In this document: positions 55,263 to 64,000 of the stretch, in pieces
Position numbering within the stretch: position 1 is the first letter of the stretch
Layout: every line of letters begins with the position of its first letter
Assembly (NCBI GenBank): GCA_946965045.2
Contig: OX337232.1
Coordinates: 2,852,001-2,916,000 of the forward strand
Origin: Epithemia pelagica
Taxonomy: Eukaryota; Protista; Bacillariophyta
DNA length: 64,000 bases
Reading direction: 5' to 3'
Position numbers and translations under genes: made by a program
The notes under the pieces: generated by a model
Told to the model about the DNA's origin: nothing
Databases searched by the model: none
What the model saw: only the letters and a program-made list of their open reading frames with translations

Positions 55263-57896
55263 ACGCCCCGGTCGTCGAACCACGGACAAGAGGAAGGACC
55301 AGAAGAGACGGGAGGATTCTACGGTCCATGTGGATGGAAAGCACAAACCCTTGAGTGCTGGCTGGGATTGGAGTGAATTGATGTGAAGCATTCTATTCTA
55401 TATGATGTATACGAGGAGGGGTCAGTAGTCTTATTTGTGTTTGGTAGTATTCCATGTGTTGGTAGTCCCACGTTTCATCACTTGCCACTATCTACTTATA
55501 GAGACTGTTGGAACGAGAACAACCATCACGGTCTCCCCCACATTGTCATTTGTGCTCGGATCGAGCGGATTGGAACACCATTGCGTGTCGACAACAACAG
55601 GAAGAATCCAGGATGTGTTTGTCGCCTCGGAGGGAGACCATGGTAGCTACCGAGGGTCATAGTTACTATGGATCGGAAGCTATTCATAACTTTCGGCAGA
55701 ATTTCGGTTGTCCCTAGCTAGAAGGGTGAAGGGTATACAACCCGATCAACAACCATTGTGGTGATTCTCCTTCCTTGATTCTTTTATTCTTTTACTGGTT
55801 ACCAGGAGGGGTCGCTCCTTATTCCGTGTGTTTGCTTTTCCCCTCTCTGGACCGAATTAGACTAGCTACGACCTATCGTCTATCGTATTGCTATTGGACC
55901 CACATATGTCCTTGTCATTTGTAATCTCATCTATATCCCCAACTAGTCTTTAGAGTACTTTGACACATGGATGCTACTTGCTTTGAGACTTGAGACATTG
56001 ATACGATCAACGGAGACCATGGTAGCTCGAATGGTCAAGGCACGATTTGCCCACCATTGTGGTCAAGCAAGGTACGAGTAGTTTCTATGTGAATGTCTCG
56101 GAAGCATCATAGCTCCTCTTGTTAGGTATCCGAATTTAGATGGATTGTGCTGCGTCTAAAACCCGAACAGCAATCATGGTGCCGACCCTCTTGTACATTC
56201 TTGCTGGTGTCAAGAAGCTACTTGGTCGGACGGATCGCGTAAGGCAGCGTCGACAGGAAGTTCCTACTGGTTGTTTGCGTATCGCCCATCCCCCCTCTTT
56301 TTTCACGATCATTCCTGTGGAAACAACTCACTTCCCAGTTTCGGGTTTCGTCACTCTCACTGGTTAGGGGTTAGGGTCACTGGACACAGTGTGATGAGTG
56401 AGGAGGGGTCGACCGAACTACCTAGAAAAAGTCATTCGTCATTACCCAAGTTGTCCACAAATCAAGCCATCTCCCTTATTCCCATTTCATCTCCTATCTA
56501 TCTAGAGGTTGGAGGTGTCACTTTAAGTGCGTCGGACAATGGATAATCGTGAGGTCACCAGTCCCAAATGCCCAAGGTCGGTCGACTCCAAAACAGCCCA
56601 TCCGCACAATTTCCAACCAACGGCTGGTGAGATGAAGGAAGAAATTGCCGCAAAATGTCTGCCGCACAGCACAATCGTCGACAATTAGTATGAGAGACAA
56701 CCCACAGGAGTGTCTGTTGCTCAACATAACAATTCAAAAGGTATTCTCGTACTCGTATTTTCTCTCTGCGTGGACTTGAGATTTGAGATGGGCTCTGTGT
56801 ACGGCCATAAATTGAATATTGTCCCCCATAAAATTTACTTAGGCCTTTGAGAAAGTGGTAGGTCGTAGTCATAGAGTAATAATAATACTCATACTATTGT
56901 AGGCGTAACCTTACGCACAGGACGCTTCCAAGATCAAACTTCTATGGATTCGCGATGCAATATACTCCCCAATATGAGTTTGGCATATTCCCCCAAAATT
57001 TCTCATTACGAGGAATGCTTGCGCGCTCGGCGTCCATACATGTGTGTCAGGTGTCAGGCCAATCCTTTAGCTCGCAAAACCAAATCGAGATTGCGTGCAC
57101 GTCAGCATTTTGCGTCACGTTTACGTCATATATCCGGGTAAAACAGCATTTCCTGGATTGGTTCGAACAAATCCAGGAAATTCATTAGGGATAGTGTTTT
57201 ACTTATGCTAGTGTAGAGGCCAGCCTACAGTTTCGAATATGTTGGGCGGGCGTTCGACATGATGGGCGGGCGTTCGACTCTAACGGTATTCTTGCATAAA
57301 AGGTCGCTTCCTTAGTACCCAATAGTTTTAGTATACAATTTTTCTAAGTGAAGAGTGGGGGAGGATGGGGGTCAGGATGGGGGACAGGTGCGGTCTTTTG
57401 GATTTGTTTTGCGAATGCGTAAGGACGGCGTTTAGGAAACCAAATCCGGCCGGCCCGCACGGATTGGTTTTGTTGAGCTAAAGGAATGGCCTCAATATGG
57501 CCTGATGATGTCAATACATGTGGAACAATACACTAGTCTGGCCCGATCTGTCCCCCAACGGTAATTCCAACCACCTTTGTTATTGGGGGTCTATATCATT
57601 CAGTACAAAACAGAAGGGCTTCGGCTTTTGTATCGGACGTTTGACAGATGGGCGCATGTCAACATTTCACCGACGGTGGCTTCAGATTTATGGTTGGGAG
57701 TTGGGACTCGTCTGTCTCAAATTCGGTTGTCAGAAAATTTTGAAATTAGGACCAAACGACGACGAAACCGAACGAGTCTGCTGAATCAAAAAGAAGGAGA
57801 GGAAAGCCTTGGACATTCCAAACTCTCTCTCATTCTTACTTTTTTCGCACGGCGTAATCACAAACAACAAAAACCACCCCAAGAAGAACGAACAAA

Positions 57897-60800
57897 ATGG
57901 GCTCCAATCTTCCTCCCGTGGAAGACGCCGACGACGGTTCTGTTGCGAGTAGCAACGGTTTTACAGAAGATGACTTCCATCAAGATGAAGATTCACGAGA
58001 CAAACAACCTGACTTGGCTCGGCGAGAAACCAAGGCGGTTTGTGGATTGCGCTTCCTGGTGTTTGGTGTCTTGATTTGCAGCATGACCACCGTCGCCGTC
58101 CTCGTGTTTCTTAGTCTTCGCGATGCCGAACAGGACGCCTTTGAAGAACAATTTCAAGAAGATGCCACCAAGGTCTTGGCCAGTTTGGGGTTGAGCTTGG
58201 ACTTGACACTGGGGGGTCTCGATGCCTTTGTTGTCAATATGATTGCCGAAGCCAAGGCGTCGAATCAACCCTGGCCCTTTGTAACGGTAAGTCAGTGCGT
58301 GTTCTTTCGAGAGGACTTGCCCGAATTCAATTGAGCGAGCAGAGAAGATGATCAAGCAGCTAAAGTCTAAACCGAAATCCAACCTTTTGTTTGTTCTTTC
58401 TCTCCATCGTTCTTGTACTGCCTCACACAGATTCCAGATTTTGCCGTTCGAGCCGAAAAAGTACGCAGTTTAACCAACGCACTGTACATTAACACGTATT
58501 CATATGTGGAAAAGGATCAACGAAGTGAATGGGAAGCCTACAGCGCGGAGAATGGGCCTGCCTGGGTCGAACAGACCTTGAATCTGCAATTCAAGGAGGG
58601 TCTCTTTACCGATGTCTTGGAAGCGGCCGGCGTTTCCTCCATTGACGATGTGGGAATGTTCAATGTCATTTGGGACTACGGGTGAGTGGTGAACAAAAGG
58701 CCTTCCAATCGGTTCAAACCAACGGGTTGGATCAAAAGAAGAACATGGAACGTCTCACCTTCATTTTGTTATATTTTGACGTTGTCGCCATGGCAGGGAA
58801 TATGACAAGAACGAAACCGAATGGGGTACAGTGGGAGTGGACCCTTCCGCACCAGGCCCGTTTATGCCCATGTGGCAAACCTCTCCCGTGATTTCGGCGG
58901 AACCAAGCTATAATTGGTACGTTGCATTGCTTTGTGGGACTAGCGCATCACTTGTTGTTCCCTTGTTCGTTCGGCAAAATCGCGAACCACTACACAAGCT
59001 GACTCGTTTTTGTCATATTACATAAGGAACTTGCTTTCGACTGCCTTCAACGAGACCATGGTGGCTGTATTGGAGACACACAAGGTTAGTTTGAGCGATG
59101 CCTACATGATTGCCTATCCTGATGATACAGAAATGCTGGAGGAGATTGAGTTTAACGCGGAATGGTTTGGTTCCTACATCACCACGGGAGAAGATCCTCG
59201 AGAACCGTAAGTTCCTAGATGTTCGTCCTGTTGTTCGCATGGACACACATACCTGTGCTCACTCTTGAAGCCCTGGACTTGCTTTCACGCTTTCCAATTC
59301 ACAGTATCAGTGATGTCTATTACCCCATTCTGGCCGACGGATCGTCTAGCATTCACGTCATGAAAGACAATGAGGACTATGATCCTTCGGAGCATGAGCT
59401 TGGTGGTTTCCTGGCTGCTCCCATCTACTGGCGTGATTTGATCAAAGGCATTCTTCCCGAAGGATCCAATGGTATTGTCGCAGTCTTTGAAAACCCTTGC
59501 AATCCAACTTTTACCTACCAGGTAAGGAGCTGATTGAGATTTGATCCTGGGAGTGATGCACTGGACATTACGGCAACTTATTCTGTCCGTCTTCTTATTT
59601 TGTGATTCTCCGCAGATCAATGGTCCGACCGTGGAGTATCTGGGCACAGGCGATTTCCATGAAACTCAATTCAATCACATGGAAATGAAATCGTCTGTCA
59701 GCGACTTGGACAAGTACTCGATTCGTGGTTCCGCATACACTGGAATCCCCGTCAATGAAGACGTTTGTCCCTTTACCATTCGAGTGTATCCCTCAACCAC
59801 CATGGAAGACGAGTACCTTACCTCGCAGCCCATTGTCATCACTTGTGTGGTCGTGCTCATCTTTGTGTGTACCTCCTTCTTTTTTGTCGCCTATGATGTC
59901 TGTGTCGAGAAGCGACAGCGACTTGTAATGAGCTCGGCGGTTCGGAGCAATGCGATTGTATCTTCGCTCTTCCCGTCCAATGTACGGGACAGGCTTATGG
60001 ACCAAGCACTGGAACAACAAACCAAGAGCAAGAAAACGCAGTCTAATGCATTTTTGACTCACACGGAAAATGACGATTATTCCGACAATGACAATAAGAA
60101 TAGTACACCCATTGCGGACCTGTTCCCCGAAGCGGTAAGTCGATCGAACAGTCGCTTGTACCATGTCATTGTTCCAGGGCTTGTCTTACACCTCCCTGTA
60201 CCGTCTTGGAATACAGACAATTCTCTTTGCCGACCTTGCAGGATTCACAGCTTGGGCGTCCAGTCGAGAACCTACCCAGGTGTTTACACTCTTGGAAACC
60301 ATTTATGGGGCCTTTGACAAGATTGCAACCCGTAGGGGTGTGTTCAAGGTTGAGACTGTGGGAGATTGCTATGTTGCGGTGGCCGGAGTTCCTGAGGTAC
60401 GAACAGGTTCGACCGCCTTTTGATCTTCAATAGCCAGTAGCGGTATTTCCGTCAAACTCACCGTTGTGTTTTTTTTTCACCCCAGGCACGAAAAAACCAC
60501 GCACCCATTATGGTCCGTTTTGCGGCAGAAATCCGACAAGTCATGAATGCACTGACAACGGAATTAGAGCTCACCTTGGGACCTGGAACGGGAGATTTAC
60601 AGCTGCGTAGTGGTCTGCATTCGGGTAGTGTCACTGCCGGTGTTTTACGTGGAGAAAAGAGTCGATTCCAATTGTTTGGGGATACGGTGAACACCGCCGC
60701 TCGAATGGAAAGGTACGAGGAGAGAAATGAATCCTGATTGTTTTGATACGTAACGAAGTTGAAAGCATCTCATCTTTGTCATGAATGCCTTGGATGTAAC

Positions 60801-62294
60801 TGTAACAGCAACGGGATTCCAAACCGAATCCACATTTCACAGAAAACCGCCGATTTGCTGATTGCGGGAGGCAAAGGAGAATGGCTGACGCAACGAGAAG
60901 ATTTGGTTGCGGCCAAGGGTAAGGGGATGATGCAAACATACTGGGTAGAACCCAAGGGACGTTACTGCCAAAGTGGATTCTCGGGAACCGACTCGACGGA
61001 TCGCAGCGGAGAGGAAATTGTCATGGGCCATCACGAACGACCACCTACTACCATTACCGGTCCACAAAGCGATGAGTTGGCCACCGCGGAAACCAACCGC
61101 CTCATTGACTGGACCGTATCTGTCTTTGAAGGTTTGTTCCGCAAACTCTGCGCGCATCGTCAATCGCTGGAAGCTGCCAATATTCGACGACCATCCATTA
61201 CTGGTCGACGACCATCCAGTACTGGTCTCCCCACACGAAGCAAGTGTCGGAGAAATTTGGTTGTGGAGGGCACTCCTCGCGAAGAAGTGGTGGAGTCGAT
61301 TGATCTTCCTGCCTTTAAAAAATTGGAGGCTGTCGACCCGGACACGATTGAACTTCCCGAGGTGGTTGTGACGCAACTTCGCGGTTTTGTATCCACCATT
61401 GCACAATTGTACCGGCCCAATGCTTTTCACAACTTTGCTCATGCCTGTCATGTAACCATGTCTACCAAGAAGCTTTTACAACGCATCACTACTCTGAGCA
61501 ACACCTTGTCGCAGCAAGAAGTATATTTTCATTCGTTTGGATTGGCCAGCGACCCGCTTACTGAAGTGGCCATGATCTTTTCTGCCTTGATTCATGACGT
61601 TGATCATCCTGGTGTGTCCAATGGACAACTGGTTCTGGAACAGGACGACATGGCGGTTCGTTTCAAGGACAAGAGTGTTGCCGAACAGAACTCTATTGAA
61701 GTGGCTTGGGCACTGCTCATGAGTGAGAACTATTCGGACCTTTGTGACTTTTTGTTTTCCTCACGTGCCGAATCGAATCAGTTCCGCCAACTGGTTGTCA
61801 ATGGTGTCATGGCCACGGATATCTTTGATCCAGACTTGAAGGCCATGCGTGATAAGCGTTGGTTGCTGGCCTTTTCCGAGTCGGCACAGAGTGACGATCC
61901 CGATGCCCTCAACCGCAAGGCCACCATTGTCTTGGAGCATCTTATTCAGGCTTCTGATGTCAGTCACACCATGCAACATTGGACTATTTACCAGAAATGG
62001 AACACCAATCTATTCAATGAAATGTACGGTGCCTACAAGGAAGGTCGCGTCAAGAAGGATCCGTGTGAGGGGTGGTACGAAGGCGAACTGTGGTTCTTTG
62101 ACAACTATGTGATTCCGTTGGTACGAAAACTTCGGGATTGTCAAGTGTTTGGTGCGTATTGTCAGGAAATGTTGGATTGCGCCTACGAAAATCGCTTGGA
62201 ATGGGAAAACAAGGGACGAGCCATTACGGAGGAGATGAAGGAACTATTTGAAGCCTCCACGGGGGTAGGAAAGCCCTCCACGGCTCACCTATAA
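57897..62294 (+). CDS. Receptor-type class III nucleotidyl (guanylate-like) cyclase fused to a class I cyclic-nucleotide phosphodiesterase, 9 exons
   Basis: Exons 57897-58286, 58431-58681, 58797-58916, 59027-59206, 59305-59521, 59616-60134, 60217-60396, 60486-60712 and 60809-62294 join in frame. Two TM segments. Cyclase motifs FADLAGF, FKVETVGDCY, LHSG, RFQLFGDTVNTAARMES. PDE motifs FHNFAHACH, HDVDHPGVSN, MATD, ASDVSH. Confidence 0.87.
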
Positions 62295-62707
62295 AGAGAT
62301 TTGAAATGGAAAAGCTAGTAGAGATTCAACGCAACGGTCCACCTTGTGAACTATTTTTGGGGAAGTTAGTGTAAGGGCAATTGGGAAATGGAAATGTAAA
62401 AAGTGCAGTTTATAACAAAAACACTCGACAAGCGTGTACTTTATGACACTTGTCTTGGCTTTAGTCTTGTTTGACGCTGCGTTGCCGCACATCCAAGTCG
62501 ACTTTTGGTCCCTCTCTGAGATATGGTGCACTCTCCAGGAAACAGTGATGCATCTCCACGATCTTTCGTAACTACGGTAGTACATGTAGTCTCTCAAACC
62601 AATGATCTGGACTACGGTAGAATCAAGTGATACATACTAGGAGTACTTGCTACTAGGTAGAGGAATTCTATCCGAGTATTGAGCTTTGTGAAAAAAGGAA
62701 CGCCCCA

Positions 62708-63006
62708 TAGAGGTTGGTCCCGCGAGCTCAAATCGATGCGGGTAGGATACCCGCGCACTCCAGCCTTTGCGGTTCCAAGTACCCGCGTGTTCCGCAGTTC
62801 CGCACCACTATGGGATTTTATGTACTCTGCACAAATTTGACGTCCGGGCGGTCACACCTCGAAAGCACCAAATCGGTGCACCCCGTCTTTACTGTGCGTA
62901 GGTGCGAATAGCGCGGATCGGACCCGCCAGTCTCTTTCGTTGCGGTTCCAGGGATCAGCACCGCGGATCCCCGATCCGCAGCACCGCGGTGCAGGTCCAA
63001 CCTCTA
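62708..63006. mobile_element. 299-bp non-autonomous hAT-type element (MITE)
   Basis: Terminal inverted repeats TAGAGGTTGG (62708-62717) and CCAACCTCTA (62997-63006). Perfect 8-bp TSD ACGCCCCA at 62700-62707 and 63007-63014. No coding capacity. Confidence 0.88.
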
Positions 63007-63615
63007 ACGCCCCAGCAACGTGCAGGTAGAAAGTCATATCAAGTGATATACTCTTCTCTAGCTAGCAAGAAAGGCGACTGATATTAAGCGAATTTTGGGC
63101 GAGTAGCTAACCCATGAGGGACGCGTAGCTTAGAGCTCACTATTTCAGTTTTTCACCTAGACACACGATCGTAATTTGGTTTATCAGACCCACTGCAATA
63201 ACTAATGAGATGCTATACCCACCATGGCCTGGGAAGGTCGCGAAATATCTAGATCATTCGCTTGGAAGAATGACTGCCCAAGGTTGGACACCTGTACTCC
63301 CGTTCATCTCAATAATATCTCGCCTGCAACGGGGCTCGAGATGGATGAATGTGGTGTGTGGTCCGCGTATGCGCACACACCGGGCAATGGCGGACGCGCC
63401 GAACATCCTGCCGTTGAGGATGCAGCTATACGGACATGTTCATTACTTAAATGACGTGCGCCGTCCTAGCACACCATGCAAGCTCTCCAACTCCGATTCT
63501 ACCGCTCGCTCGCAAGTAGAACTGAGACCATGACGTGAAAATTCCCCAAAGAAGAAAACCTCACTTCGCTGGAAAGTCTGAACGAGTCCGAAAAAGAAAG
63601 AGAATCCTCGCAACC

Positions 63616-64000
63616 ATGGCAGCCGCCAATCCTATGCAACTGCTCAACGTCTACATGGACGTTGTATTGCAGATTACCGATCCAGCAGTTCGTACTGCAA
63701 TCAACGGGCAAGGTCTAACCTCCGTCTATGATTTTGAGGCGCTTAGCGAAGCAGATGTCGCTGAAATTTGTACCAATGCCCGTAAACCGGGTGGCCTCAT
63801 CCCGAACCCAGATCCAGCTGGTGTGCCAGCAATGATTTCTAATCCAGGAGTGCTCATTGGACACCTGGTCGAGAAGAAACTGAAGATGCTTCGTTATTAT
63901 ATCGTGCATATCGGGAAAATAAACCGCACCTTCGCTGCGGTTCCACCAACGATGAATGACCTGAATCTGCTCTATCGATTCAAGGAAGCTGAAGACGAAT
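63616..64000 (+). mobile_element. 5' part of a second copia (CoDi-type) gag ORF running off the window
   Basis: Open frame from ATG 63616 to the window end: MAAANPMQLL...GLTSVYDFEALSEADVAEICTNARKPGGLIPNP...NPGVLIGHLVEKKLKMLRYY. This resembles diatom copia gag N-termini as I recall them. LTR not delimited. Confidence 0.6.

Noticed and set aside
53415-55391. 658-aa antisense ORF
   Set aside because: Shadow of the FMO coding strand caused by codon bias; no recognisable motifs.
56364-56376. TTAGGGGTTAGGG telomere-like repeat
   Set aside because: Only two imperfect units, expected by chance.
57357-57390. G-rich AGGATGGGGG repeats as a G-quadruplex
   Set aside because: Only three long G tracts; the fourth is GG. 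Too weak to call.

Overview
This window is eukaryotic, intron-containing genomic DNA, most likely from a pennate diatom. That call is an inference from signal-peptide/A|F plastid pre-sequences, iota-CA genes, CoDi-like copia elements, a cingulin-like protein and a cyclase-PDE fusion. The main signal lies at 5-28 kb, with an outlier at 46.7-50.1 kb: five genes for long, low-complexity proteins with predicted bipartite plastid-targeting leaders that share short Trp-centred motifs. Gene A carries 17 copies of [MIF]xxLAxxWxxxN, and gene D carries 4 copies of the same motif. Two tandem iota-carbonic anhydrase (LCIP63/COG4875-type, HHHSS) genes carry large repetitive N-terminal arms, one with 28 PLKVGPDY repeats, and share further motifs with genes A and E. 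I read this as a candidate pyrenoid/CO2-concentrating condensate module; this is inference and untested. Three dispersed 5S rRNA genes about 11.8 kb apart bracket genes A-D. Other contents are a spastin-like AAA ATPase, DPM1, a PH-domain protein, a Tyr/Gly/Lys-rich cingulin-like secreted protein, an FMO and a 9-exon receptor cyclase-phosphodiesterase. Mobile and duplicated DNA includes an intact, recent Ty1/copia element (identical 237-bp LTRs, ATTGG TSD, gag-UGA-pol in frame) inserted in a vacuolar-sorting-receptor gene, an inverted pseudogene copy of that gene, a 299-bp hAT-type MITE with an 8-bp TSD, and the start of a second copia gag at the window end. All calls were made by eye; no database searches were run.
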